From: an uncultured delta proteobacterium
GTDB lineage: Bacteria; Myxococcota; Myxococcia; Myxococcales; Myxococcaceae
Length of the DNA: 38,743 nt
Direction of reading: 5' to 3'
Assembly: GCA_963771175.1 (NCBI GenBank)
Contig: CAVYSY010000016.1
Location: 1-38,743 of the forward strand
Shown: positions 1-12,065 of the stretch, piece by piece
Layout: each line of letters starts with the position of its first letter
Numbering within the stretch: the first letter of the stretch is position 1
Notes under the pieces: model-generated
The model's database searches: none
What the model saw: the letters and a program-made list of their open reading frames with translations, nothing else
Told to the model about the DNA's origin: nothing
Position numbers and translations under genes: made by a program

Positions 1-109
1 GAGTTGAAGCTCTTGGGCACGCCGTACGTCCCGGAAGATTTCCAAGGGAATTGCATCATGTGCGGCAAGCAGACCGACGGTCGTAGCTTACGCGGCCAGA
101 TCGATGTGA
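1..109 (+). CDS. proS: C-terminal fragment of an archaeal/eukaryote-type prolyl-tRNA synthetase (partial, one apparent indel)
   Basis: Frame 1 reads ELKLLGTPYVPEDFQGNCIMCGKQTD. After a one-base shift near 79-80 it reads VVAYAARSM-stop (TGA 107-109). CxxCG followed by an AYAARSx end matches the ProRS C-terminal Zn-binding domain. Confidence 0.65.
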
Positions 110-120
110 TCTCGGCCTCG

Positions 121-141
121 ATTCTTTTCTTCCATTTCTTT
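121..141 (+). terminator. Oligo-T/pyrimidine tract, archaeal-type terminator candidate
   Basis: ATTCTTTTCTTCCATTTCTTT directly after the proS-like stop, between convergent genes, with no hairpin. Confidence 0.35.
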
Positions 142-196
142 CGCGCGCAGCAGCTCGCGCTGCAAAATCAACACTAATGCTTCAGAAATTCTGCGC

Positions 197-403
197 TCAG
201 TTCTTCGCTCTCGTGAGTAAAAGTCCGAGGATTCCGAAGGCGAGCATGATCACGACGATCGCATACACGCCCATGTTCGAACCGTCGAAAATGTTCCAAC
301 TGTTGTACAGAACGCCCCACGCCCAATAGAACGCCAGGGCACCAACTATCAGAAGAATGGACAGTGCCAGCTTGACCTTTTTTGGGAATGAGTTCTCTTC
401 CAT
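197..403 (-). CDS. Small two-TM membrane protein of unknown function (archaeal-like segment)
   Basis: MEENSFPKKVKLALSILLIVGALAFYWAWG...VYAIVVIMLAFGILGLLLTRAKN has two hydrophobic helices. Codon usage is lower-GC than the rest of the window. Confidence 0.7.
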   Translation of the reverse strand: MEENSFPKKVKLALSILLIVGALAFYWAWGVLYNSWNIFDGSNMGVYAIVVIMLAFGILGLLLTRAKN

Positions 404-426
404 CGTGCCGCTCAATGGTGTAAGTC

Positions 427-440
427 TATAAATGATTTTC
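427..440 (-). promoter_or_regulatory. Archaeal-type BRE-TATA promoter candidate for the 197-403 gene
   Basis: Minus strand reads GAAAATCA-TTTATA, with the TATA box ending 23 nt before the ATG at 403. This spacing fits a leaderless archaeal transcript. Confidence 0.45.
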
Positions 441-571
441 GTGTAAACGCCTCGTCTCCAGCACGAGCGATTTTCACCTCAGCCGAGCAACCATTATTAT
501 CAAGACAATACTATGTAGTCATGCTGATGCTCAGATCCGACGTGATCTCCGCATAGCATGGGGAAAATAAA

Positions 572-662
572 ATGACACCAGCCGCAAAGAAGGCAGCAGC
601 AAAGAAGCCAGCAGCGAAGAAGAAAGTAGTGGCAAAGAAGCCGGTAAAGAAGGCAGCCGGCG
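572..662 (+). CDS. 5' end of a gene with a Lys/Ala-rich N-terminus, cut off at a junction
   Basis: MTPAAKKAAAKKPAAKKKVVAKKPVKKAAG follows a purine-rich leader (GGGGAAAATAAA). The sequence character changes abruptly afterwards. Confidence 0.5.
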
Positions 663-1106
663 CCAGCTATCGGGCAGGCTATACGGCCGGCGAACTGAAG
701 ATGGCCTTCATGGGCCACTTCCTGGTGACGGTTACCGCCTATGTCGGGGACGGTGGCCGGGAACGCAAGCTTGGCACCTTCCTGGGCATGGGCAATTCCG
801 CCGGCACATTCGTCTCGGCCTGCGACGATCACCACCGCCAAGGTGGATGCGGCGGCGGGGGACAGGTGGGTTACGGGACGGGTGATTCCGCCGAGGGCTC
901 CGCTTGCTTACTCCGTGCATTCGCCGCGAGTGGCAGCTTCGAGCGCAAGGCCCTGGTCGCACCCCTGCGATGCCACCACGATGGCCGCTGGGGGCGCCGA
1001 TGAGCTGAAGGGCAACGGCCACGATACGAACAACAACGCGGCCGACTTCGTAACGCGTACCATGCGCGACCCGCAGAACGCGTCGAGCCCGACCGAGATG
1101 CCGTAG
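663..1106 (+). CDS. C-terminal part of a lamin-tail-domain (LTD)-like extracellular protein, multiply frameshifted
   Basis: Stitched frames give GHFLVT..AYVG, KVDA..VGYGTGDSAEG, GSFERKA, and GNGHDTNNNAADFVTRTMRDPQNASSP-stop. These resemble bacterial LTD C-termini. Confidence 0.5.
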
Positions 1107-1110
1107 CCCC

Positions 1111-1157
1111 CGCCGGCACTCCTGCCCGTCTCCCTCGCGAGGCGGGCAGGGCCGGTG
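1111..1157. terminator. GC-rich hairpin between convergent genes
   Basis: CCTGCCCGTCTC-N6-GAGGCGGGCAGG (1121-1150), extended by flanking CCGGC/GCCGG. Confidence 0.5.
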
Positions 1158-1243
1158 CGGTCCTCACGCCCTCCGCGTCACCGATTCCAGGTGCCGCGGG
1201 GGGCGTCTTCGTTTCTGGGGAAGAAGGGGACTCGTCGCGCCGC

Positions 1244-1879
1244 TCAGCGCTTGAGGATGCCGTCCAGCACCAGCCGGTCCAGCGTCTCGTAGAGCGTCTC
1301 GTACGACAGCGACTCGCGGAACAGGTTCTGGTACAGCAGCGCGCTCAAGTACCCGCCGAAGATGCCGTGCGCGGCAATCCCCGGGTCCATGTCCGTGCGG
1401 AACTCCATCGTCTTGCTCTGCCCGTACCGGATGATGTTCGTCACCACGGCCGCGTAGATGGCCAGCTTTTCCCGGATGGCCTCGGCCACACGGTCGTTCG
1501 TGTGCGCCGACTCCGCCGCCACCATTCCGAAGAAGATGCCGTACTCCCGGTTGTAGCGCAGGAACTGCACCGTCCGACCGATGAATGCCCGGAGCTGCTC
1601 GTGCGCCGTCATCTTGAACCGCTCGATCAGCAGTTCCTTGAACTCGTTGACGTAGCGCCCGTGCAGCTCCTCGATGGCCGCCAGCAGCAGGTCCTCCTTC
1701 GTCGGGAAGTGCCAATAGAGCGCCCCGGGTGTCATCCGGATGGCCTTCGCCAGCTCCGCCATTGTCGTCGCCAGGATGCCCCGGCGCGCGAACAGCGTGA
1801 TGGCCGCCTCCATGATTTCCAACCGCGTGCGTGCCGCACGCTCCTGCTTGATCTCCCGCTTCGTCGCTGCCTTGCTCAT
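1244..1879 (-). CDS. TetR/AcrR family transcriptional regulator
   Basis: N-terminal HTH IMEAAITLFARRG..TTMAELAKAIRMTPGALYWHFPTKEDLL; 211 aa. Confidence 0.93.
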   Translation of the reverse strand: MSKAATKREIKQERAARTRLEIMEAAITLFARRGILATTMAELAKAIRMTPGALYWHFPTKEDLLLAAIEELHGRYVNEFKELLIERFKMTAHEQLRAFIGRTVQFLRYNREYGIFFGMVAAESAHTNDRVAEAIREKLAIYAAVVTNIIRYGQSKTMEFRTDMDPGIAAHGIFGGYLSALLYQNLFRESLSYETLYETLDRLVLDGILKR

Positions 1880-1930
1880 TTCACCCAGTAGTCTACCGAC
1901 TTCGGGCGTCCTGCGTCACCCTCCCAGGGC

Positions 1931-3124
1931 TCAGGCGAGCAGCGTCACCTTCACGATCTCCGGCGGCGCCGCCACGCGCACCGGCGGACCCCAGAAGCCG
2001 GTGCCCCGGCTCACGTAGAGCGAGCTGTCTCCCTCGCGGTACAGCCCCGCGGGGTGCTCCCAGACGGCCGACACCACCAGGGTGAAGGGGAAGAACTGGC
2101 CGCCGTGCGTGTGTCCGGAGAGCTGCAGCCCCATGCCCGCCTTCTGCGCCTGCTCGCGCCAGCCGCTGGGCTGGTGCGCCAGCAGCACCGCCGCGCGCGA
2201 CGGGTCCCTCCCCGCCGTGGCCGCCGCCAGGTCATAGCTCCGGCTCGCCGGGTAGCCCGAGCGTTGCGCCGCCCAGTCGTCCACGCCCACCAGGTCGAAC
2301 GAGGCTCCCGGCTCGCCGATGGACACGTGGCGGTTGCGCAGCACCGTCAATCCCATACGACGCAGCGCGTCGGCCCACTCCACGTCCCCTGAGTAGTACT
2401 CGTGGTTGCCGGTGACGAAGTACGTGCCGTGCCGCGAGCGCAGGTTGCCCAGCGCGCCCGCCGCGGAGCCGAGCTCCTCCACGCTGCCGTCCACCAGGTC
2501 GCCCGTGATGCACACCAGGTCGCCCTTCAGCGCGTTGGTCTGCTCCACCAGCGCTTCCATGAAGCGGCGCTGGATGAGCGGCCCCACGTGGATGTCGCTG
2601 AGCTGGATGATGCTGAAGCCGTCCAGCGCCTTGGGCAGCCCGGGCAGTCGCACCGCCACCTCGTTCACCACCGGCGGGGTGTAGGCGCGCCACACGCCGT
2701 AGCTCCCCACTCCTCCGGTGGCCACCAGCGCCGCTCCCGCGGTCGCCCGGGCGAGGAACTCCCGCCGCTCCTCGGACACGGGGGCCGGAGCCGCCCCGGC
2801 CGCGCGTCGACGCTCCCGCCACCCGGTGAGCTTGCGCACGCCCCCCAGCGACAGCACCGCCAGCAGCAGGTAGGTGGCCCCTCCCATCCAGAACCAGCCG
2901 AGCTGCTCGAAGGCGAACGTCGCCTCCGAGGGCAGCAGCCGCGTCAGCAGCCGCGCGCCGAGCATCGTCGAGGCCAGCAGCGCCATCAGCACCACGCCCG
3001 AGAGGCGCCAGGCCGGGTGCTTCGCCGTGTCCCGGAAGAGGCGCCGGTACAGGTAGACGTGGCCGAGCACCACCACCAGCGTCAGGGTGCCGAAGAAGAA
3101 GACGAATCGCAGCGGAATGCCCAT
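1931..3124 (-). CDS. Membrane-anchored calcineurin-like metallophosphoesterase (YkuE/YaeI-like)
   Basis: Three N-terminal TM segments, then the motifs DIH, GDLVD, GNHE, LAHQP, GHTHGGQ and SRG.G.WGPP.R. An alternative GTG start lies at 3142. Confidence 0.92.
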   Translation of the reverse strand: MGIPLRFVFFFGTLTLVVVLGHVYLYRRLFRDTAKHPAWRLSGVVLMALLASTMLGARLLTRLLPSEATFAFEQLGWFWMGGATYLLLAVLSLGGVRKLTGWRERRRAAGAAPAPVSEERREFLARATAGAALVATGGVGSYGVWRAYTPPVVNEVAVRLPGLPKALDGFSIIQLSDIHVGPLIQRRFMEALVEQTNALKGDLVCITGDLVDGSVEELGSAAGALGNLRSRHGTYFVTGNHEYYSGDVEWADALRRMGLTVLRNRHVSIGEPGASFDLVGVDDWAAQRSGYPASRSYDLAAATAGRDPSRAAVLLAHQPSGWREQAQKAGMGLQLSGHTHGGQFFPFTLVVSAVWEHPAGLYREGDSSLYVSRGTGFWGPPVRVAAPPEIVKVTLLA

Positions 3125-3196
3125 GGAGCCCTGAATACTCACCGGCGCGCCGTGCGCCGCAATGCAATCGTATGTGAAGAAGCGTGAAGCCGTTCC

Positions 3197-4108
3197 TCAC
3201 CCCACGAGCGAGCGCAGCGCCTCGGACAGCTCGGGGTGCTGGAAGCGATAGCCCGCCTCCTGCGCGCGCCGGGGCAGCACCCGCTGGCCTCCGAGCACCA
3301 CCTCGGACATCTCCCCCATCGCCGCCTTCAGCGCGAAGGCGGGCACCGGCATCACGGCCGGCCGGCCCAGCGCCGCTCCGAGTGCCCGGGAGAAGTCCGC
3401 GTTCGTCACCGGCTCCGGCGCCGTCACGTTCAGCGGCCCGCGCAGCTCCGGCTGCTCCAGCGCGAAGAGGAGCAGGCCCAGCGTGTCGTCGCGGTGCACC
3501 CAGCTCATGTACTGCTGACCCGAGCCCATCTTCCCGCCCAGGCCCAGGCGGAACAGGGGGAGCATCTTCTTCAGCGCGCCGCCCTCCGGGTGCAGCACCA
3601 CGCCGAGGCGCGGCAGCACCGTGCGGATGCCCGCCGTGTCCGCCTCCAGCGCCTCGGCCTCCCACGCCCGGCACACCCGCGCGAGGAAGTCCTCCCCGGG
3701 CGAGCTCGTCTCCGTCAGCGGCTCCGCGCCCCGGTCCGCGCCGTAGTAGCCGATGGCCGAGACGGACACGAAGTGCCGCACCGTCCCCGCCGCCCGCATG
3801 GCCTCCACCAGCAGCCGCGTGCCCACCACCCGGCTGTCGCGGATGCGCTGGCGCGCCTGGTCCGTCCACCGCTGCGCCACCGGCTCGCCCGCGAGGTGGA
3901 TGACCGCCTCCGCCCCCCCGAGCGCGTCCGGTGAGAGGGGCGTGGCCGCGTCGAAGTAGGAGCCCGTCACTCCGGAGGGCAGCCGCGTCAGTGCGCGCGC
4001 CACGTCCCGCGCCAGCACGTGCACCCCGTGTCCCCGCTCCATCAGCCGCTGGACGAGGACGGGGCCGAGGAATCCGCTCGCTCCGGTGAGTGCCACCTTC
4101 ATGGTCAT
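3197..4108 (-). CDS. TIGR01777-type NAD-dependent epimerase/oxidoreductase (YfcH-like)
   Basis: KVALTGASGFLG Rossmann motif, HLAGEP, SAIGYYG, GSGQQYMSWVH and NVTAPEPVTN. Its ATG overlaps the upstream stop (ATGA 4105-4108). Confidence 0.93.
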   Translation of the reverse strand: MTMKVALTGASGFLGPVLVQRLMERGHGVHVLARDVARALTRLPSGVTGSYFDAATPLSPDALGGAEAVIHLAGEPVAQRWTDQARQRIRDSRVVGTRLLVEAMRAAGTVRHFVSVSAIGYYGADRGAEPLTETSSPGEDFLARVCRAWEAEALEADTAGIRTVLPRLGVVLHPEGGALKKMLPLFRLGLGGKMGSGQQYMSWVHRDDTLGLLLFALEQPELRGPLNVTAPEPVTNADFSRALGAALGRPAVMPVPAFALKAAMGEMSEVVLGGQRVLPRRAQEAGYRFQHPELSEALRSLVG

Positions 4109-4653
4109 TGCTCCTGGGGGATGTCCTGGCCGACCAGGACACCCAGCGTGTGGAAGAACGTCTCCATTTCCTCGGGCTTCATGCGACCGGAGTACCGGTA
4201 GACGACGGTGCCCGAGCCATCCAGCAGCAGCACCGAGGACGTCTTCTTCGGCAGGTTCCACGGCTGCGCGCCCAGTGTCCCATCGAGGTCCACCAGGATG
4301 GGGATGCCCCACTTCCTCTCCTCGTTGCGCACGGAGGAGAGCGCGATGCCCCGCGCGGGGAAGAAGTCGAACGACTCGAGGTTGGCCACCGCCACCACCC
4401 ACGCCGCGTCCAGCAGCCCCATGGCCTTCCCCCGAGCGAAGAGGGCCTCCTTCAAGGGCGAGTTGAGTGTCGTCGAGTGGCGGTCCTCGTAGAAGAGAAT
4501 GACGGGTTTCCCCCGCCACCTCGACAAGGCCACTTCCTTCCCGTCCGACCCTCGCAAGGTTGCGTCCAGCGGTCCTTCCGTGGGCTCGACCGCGAGTGAG
4601 GGACTCGCGGCCAACAGGGCGATCGTCAGCATGCCCGCCATCCATTTGGTCAT
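4105..4653 (-). CDS. Secreted thioredoxin-like-fold protein (YtfJ/peroxiredoxin-like, no CxxC), divergent from crtE
   Basis: Signal peptide MTKWMAGMLTIALLAASPSLA, then LRGSDGKEVALSRWRGKPVILFYED...ILVDLDG...LLLDGSGTVVYRYSG. RBS GGAG at 4660-4663. Confidence 0.75.
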   Translation of the reverse strand: MTKWMAGMLTIALLAASPSLAVEPTEGPLDATLRGSDGKEVALSRWRGKPVILFYEDRHSTTLNSPLKEALFARGKAMGLLDAAWVVAVANLESFDFFPARGIALSSVRNEERKWGIPILVDLDGTLGAQPWNLPKKTSSVLLLDGSGTVVYRYSGRMKPEEMETFFHTLGVLVGQDIPQEQ

Positions 4654-4661
4654 CGGGAACT

Positions 4662-4716
4662 CCTGTGGACAAGACTTGTACGAAGGCTGGACATTGCCTT
4701 GACAAGGGTTGGACAC
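4662..4716 (+). promoter_or_regulatory. CarH/CarA-type operator: five tandem 11-bp direct repeats
   Basis: CCTGTGGACAA, GACTTGTACGA, AGGCTGGACAT, TGCCTTGACAA and GGGTTGGACAC are contiguous and fit nnnnTnnACAn (one mismatch in repeat 2), the known CarH operator unit. The fourth repeat contains the -35 box. Confidence 0.85.
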
Positions 4717-4728
4717 AAAGGCTACCTA
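4699..4728 (+). promoter_or_regulatory. Primary-sigma promoter of the crtE (carB) operon
   Basis: -35 TTGACA (4699-4704), an 18-bp spacer and -10 TACCTA (4723-4728), similar to the M. xanthus PB promoter. RBS GGAGGA lies before ATG 4767. Confidence 0.8.
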
Positions 4729-4766
4729 CATCGTCGAAGGCACCCACCGCCCCGGAGGACTGTTGT

Positions 4767-7414
<2,648 letters not shown>

Positions 7415-7418
<4 letters not shown>

Positions 7419-8467
7419 CGTCGCTGGACAAGACGCTGGTGGCACGGGTTACGAGCTGGCGGAGCGCGTGACGCGGCACCACGCGAAGAGCTTCTTCTTC
7501 GCTTCGTTCCTGCTCTTCGGCATGCGGCGCAAGGCGGCCTTCGCGCTCTACGCCTACTGCCGGCGGTTGGATGACATGGTGGACGTGGCGGACGGGGCGG
7601 ACCAGGGCGCGGTGCCCGAGGGGCTCGCCGAGCGGCTGGTGCGGGCGCGCCGGGCGGTGGCCGAGCTGTACGTGGAGACGCCGGAGCTGGCCGACCCGAG
7701 CATGCCTCCGCCCGCCACGCGCGCCAGCGGGGGCGAGGGCCCGTGGGACGCCGCGCGAGCTCGCCGCCCTGGTGGACTGCATCCGCCGCTTCCGCGTCCC
7801 CGAGCAGCCCATGCAGGAGCTCATCTCCGGCATGGAGATGGACCTGACGAAGCGCCGCTACGAGAGCTGGGCGGAGCTGGACCTGTACTGCTACCGGGTG
7901 GCGGGCGTGGTGGGGTTGATGATGGCGCCGATGCTGGGCTGCCAGCAGGAGTGGGCGCTGGGGCCGGCGGCGGACCTCGGCCGGGCCATGCAGCTCACCA
8001 ACATCCTCCGCGACGTGAAGGAGGACCTCGAGCGCGACCGCGTCTACCTGCCGCTGGACGAGCTGGCGGCGTTCGGCCTCTCGGTGGAGGACCTGCGCCG
8101 GGGCGTGGTGGATGACCGCTGGCGCGGCTTCATGCGCTTTCAGATCAACCGGGCGCGCGCCTACTACGCGCGGGCGGCCACGGGGATTCCGGCCCTCGGC
8201 GGCTTCGGGTGCCAGCGCATGGTGAAGCTGATGGGCTCCATCTACGGAGACATCCTGCGCGTCATCGAGGAGAACGACTACGACGTCTTCCGCGGACGCG
8301 TCTCGGTGCCGGGCAGGCGCAAGCTGGCGCTCGCCACGACCATCCTGGTGCGGCCGAATGCGGTGCTGCCCGCGGCCCGGAGCCACGACGGGTCCGCGCA
8401 GTTGCTACCGGCGGGCAAGGGCCAGGACGTGTCCGTGCCGCTGCTTCCCAGGGGCGTGAGCTCATGA
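7415..8467 (+). CDS. crtB: Phytoene synthase (apparent indels)
   Basis: HAKSFFFAS, ALYAYCRRLDD, GMEMDL, YCYRVAGVVG and LGRAMQLTNILRDVKED. Confidence 0.93.
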
Positions 8468-8541
8468 GCGACGCGCGGGTGAACGGGCAGCACCGGGAGC
8501 TCCTCGCCGGGGAGGTCCGGCGGAAGGAGGCAGTGCGATGA
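8464..8541 (+). CDS. Putative 25-aa translationally coupled micro-ORF between crtB and crtD
   Basis: MSDARVNGQHRELLAGEVRRKEAVR. ATGA overlaps with both the crtB stop and the crtD start. Confidence 0.35.
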   Translation: MSDARVNGQHRELLAGEVRRKEAVR

Positions 8542-9996
8542 AGGCCACGCGGGTCGCCGTGGTGGGCGGCGGAATTGGAGGGCTGACGGCCGCCGGGCTC
8601 CTGGCAAGGGAGGGCCACGACGTCACGCTCTTCGAGGGCGGTCCCACCCTCGGTGGAAAGGCGCAGTGCGTGAAGGTGGACGGGCTCACGCTGGACACCG
8701 GGCCCACGCTGCTCACGCTGCCGGACGTGGTGAAGGGGCTGTTCGAGCGACTCGGCGCGGAGGACCTGCTGCCGCCCATCTCCGAGCTGGAGCCCCAGTG
8801 CACCTACCGCTTCGCGGACGGGTGCGGTTTCGTGGCGTACAAGGACGTCGAGCGCACGGCGGAGAGCGCGGGGGAGCTGCGCCCCAGCGAGCGGCGTGGG
8901 GTGCACAGCTTCTACGCGGAGGCCGAGGCCATCTGGCGCGCCGCGGGCGAGCCGTACCTGGAGGCCCCCTTCGAGGGCATGGCCGGCTTCATGGCGCGGG
9001 TGGCCCGGCGGGGCGTGGTGGCGATGGCCAGGGGCATGAAGCTGGCCACGCTGGACGAGCTGGCGCGGGCGCACTTCAAGACGGACCACATGCACCAGTT
9101 CGTGGGCCGCTTCGCCACGTACGCGGGGGCCTCGCCCTACGAGGCGAGCGCGGCCTACGCCCTCATCCCCCACATCGAGCGCGCGTACGGGGTGCACCAC
9201 GTGCGCGGCGGCATCGGCGCGCTGGTGGACGCGCTCGGGGCGGCGGTGAAGCGCCTGGGCGTGAAGGTGCACCTCAACGCGCATGCCCGCTACGAGCGGG
9301 ATGCGCACGGCTACCGCGTGGGGCCCGAAGGTGGCGAGGAGCACTTCGACAGCGGTGGTGGTGAACGCGGACCCGCTGGAGAAGCTCGGGCGGGGGAGCG
9401 AGCCGCTGTCGCTGTCGGGCTACGTGCTGCTGCTGGAGGTGGATGGCCGGCCGTCGCTGCCGCACCACACGGTGCTCTTCGGCAGGGACTACCGCCGCGA
9501 GTTCGACGAGCTCTTCGGCGGGCAGCTCGCCACCGACCCGACGGTGTACTTCTGCAACCCCTCGGCGACGGACCCGACGGTGGCGCCCGCGGGGAAGACG
9601 GGCCTCTTCGTCATGGTGAACGCCCCGGCGCTGCCGCGCGAGCCGGGTGCCTCCGAGCGGGCGTCGGCCGCGTGGGAGCTGCAGGCCGAGCGGGTGAAGG
9701 CGCAGATGTTCGACAAGCTGCTCGCGCACTACCCGGAGCTGCGGGGACGCATGCGGGTGGTGGGGCAGCGCACGCCGGTGGACCTGGCCGCGCAGGGGGC
9801 GCCGGGGGGCTCCATCTACGGCTTCCTGCCGCACGGGAAGTTCGGCCCCTTCCGCCGGCCGCGCATTCGCGGCTGTACGCCGGGGCTCTTCTTCGCGGGT
9901 GGTGGCACGCATCCGGGCGGTGGGGTGCCGCTGGTGATGCTCTCGGGCCGCTTCGCCGCGGAGATGGCGTCCGAGCACCTGCGGAGGAGCGCATGA
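8538..9996 (+). CDS. crtD: Hydroxyneurosporene / 1-hydroxycarotenoid 3,4-desaturase (one apparent indel near 9350)
   Basis: VAVVGGGIGGLTAA, DTGPTLLTLP, RFATYAGASP, GGSIYG and FFAGGGTHPGGGVPLVMLSG. RBS AAGGAGG. Confidence 0.88.
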
Positions 9997-10953
9997 GGCG
10001 CCTGGAGTATTCATCCTCCCCGCTGAGTGCCTCCCTCCGGCTGGACGCGCTGCCGGAACGTGCGGGGTCCTACCGTTGGTTCTACGCCGACGTGACGGCG
10101 GGGGATTACAGCGCGGTGTTCATCTTCATGGTGGGCTCGCTCTTCTCGCCGCGCTACTCGGTGGGGGCGCGGCGCGGGGCGAGTCCGCGGGAGCACTGCG
10201 CGGTGAACTTCGCGCTGTACCACCGCGGCGTGAGCCGGCGCTGGGTGCTGAGCGAGTACCCGGTGGCCCAGGTGCGGGGGACGGGCCGGGTGCTGCGCAT
10301 CGGCCGCTCGCTGCTGGAGTACGCGCCGGATGGCACGGTGCGCATGGAGGTGGACGAGCAGTGCGCGCCCTTTGGCGCGGCGGTGCGGGCGCGGCTGGTG
10401 CTGGAGCCCCAGGCGTCGGCGGCGGAGGAGGTGCAGCTCGTGCCGGGGCTGCCACACTACTGGCGGGCACTGGTACCGAGGGCGAGGGCGCGGCTGGAGG
10501 TGGCCTCGGAGGGCGTGGTGGCGGAGGGCCTGGGCTACCACGACGGCAACCACGGCGAGGAGTTGCTGGGCGCTCGGTTGCCGAGGTGGCACTGGGCGCG
10601 CGTGCACGGCCCGGAGGAGACGGTGGTGGACTACCACCTGCCGGACGGGGTGGCGCCGCTGCGGGTGACGGCGGGGGCGCTGGGGACGAAGTCCGAGCGC
10701 GGGCCCCTGCTGGCGGAGGCTCGGCCGACGCGCCTGACGGGGTGGGGCCTGCGAGTGCCGACGCTGCTGTACTCGGGCAACACGGTGGTGGGAGCGCCGC
10801 GGCTGCTGGAGTCCTCTCCCTTCTACGCGCGGGTGGAGGCCCGGCGGGGCCGGTGGGACATGCATGGGAGAGGTGGCGGACTTCAACCGCTTCCACTCGC
10901 CCTTCATCCGCTGGATGGCGCACTTCCGCACGCGCGTGGAGCGTGGGGAATGA
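9993..10953 (+). CDS. crtC: Carotenoid 1,2-hydratase (apparent indel near 10862)
   Basis: YRWFYAD, FMVGSLFSPRY, HCAVNFALY, GYHDGNHGEE and LESSPFYAR. ATGA overlaps on both sides. Confidence 0.88.
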
Positions 10954-12065
10954 ACCCGCTGGTGGCCATCGGCTTGGGCTGGGTGGTGCTGGCCGGGGGG
11001 TTCAGCGGGGTGGCGCTGGCGCGGCTGCCGCGGCGCCGTCGTCCGGTGGAGCGCACCCGGGTGCCGGTGCTGCTGCTGCGGCCGGTGGATGCCCCCACGG
11101 AGCGCGAGCTGGAGAACCTGTCGCGGCCCATCGACTACGAGGGGCCGCTGGAGCACGTGGTGCTCTCGCCGCACCGACCGCGGGTTCCGGAGGGAGTGCG
11201 GTGGCTTCACAGCGACCCGTCGACGCCGAACCGGAAGGTGGGCCACCTGCTGCTCGCGCTGGAGACGCTGTCTCGCGAGGGGCGGGTGGTGCTGGTGGTG
11301 GACGCGGACGTGGCGGTGACGGGGGCGCTGGTGGAGGGCCTCGCGGCACCGGTGGCGGCGGGAGCGGCGCTGAGCACGGCGGTGCCGACGCCCGTGGGCG
11401 AGCGCGAGCTGGCGGACCGGGCCGTGGCGGGGCTGCTGCGCCGCACGCACCACAGCTTCCGGGCGCTGCATGTGATGAGCGCGGGGGCGAAGGCGGTATG
11501 TGGCAAGGCGCTGGGGCTGAGCGCTCGGGCGGCGGAGGAACTGGCGGGGCTGGCGGACCACATCGGCGAGGACCTGGAGCTCTCCAAGCGGCTGCACGCG
11601 CGGGGGCTGGACGTGGCGCTGTGCGAGGCCCCGGCGGTGGTGCCGCTGGCGGCGGGTGACTGGAGCTCGGCCCTGGCCCGCTTCACGCGGTGGATGCAGG
11701 TGCTGGCGAGCCACCGTCCCGGCCTCTACCCGACGGTGCCGCTGCTCTTCACCCCGACGTGGCCGCTGCTGGTGCTGAGCCTGCTGGCGGGCTCGGTGTG
11801 GCTGTCAGCGGGAGTCGCGGGTCTCCTGCTCGTGAGGACCCTGTTGTCCTGGCGGCTCAGCGTGCTCTCCACCCCTGTTCCCGCGGGAGAGGGCGGACGC
11901 CCTGCCGCGCTGGACTGGTTGCTGGGCGAGGCCTTGCTGCTGGCCGCCTTCCTGTCGTCCCTCGTCCACCCACCGAGGGTGACGTGGCGGGGGCGCACCT
12001 ACGCATTGCACGCCGGGGGCCGGATGTCGCCAGCCTGGACCGAGCTGAGTGGAGATCGGGGATGA
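10950..12065 (+). CDS. Carotenoid-operon GT2-like glycosyltransferase (M. xanthus orf6-like)
   Basis: LLLRP, NRKV, VDADV, IGEDLEL, RWMQV and a terminal VTWRGRTY, typical of ceramide glucosyltransferase-like GT2 enzymes. Confidence 0.82.
   Translation: MNPLVAIGLGWVVLAGGFSGVALARLPRRRRPVERTRVPVLLLRPVDAPTERELENLSRPIDYEGPLEHVVLSPHRPRVPEGVRWLHSDPSTPNRKVGHLLLALETLSREGRVVLVVDADVAVTGALVEGLAAPVAAGAALSTAVPTPVGERELADRAVAGLLRRTHHSFRALHVMSAGAKAVCGKALGLSARAAEELAGLADHIGEDLELSKRLHARGLDVALCEAPAVVPLAAGDWSSALARFTRWMQVLASHRPGLYPTVPLLFTPTWPLLVLSLLAGSVWLSAGVAGLLLVRTLLSWRLSVLSTPVPAGEGGRPAALDWLLGEALLLAAFLSSLVHPPRVTWRGRTYALHAGGRMSPAWTELSGDRG

Noticed and set aside
4662..4716. Regularly spaced short repeats that could be read as a mini-CRISPR or iterons
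   Set aside because: The 11-bp contiguous degenerate units have no spacers and no cas or rep genes nearby. They match a CarH-type operator.
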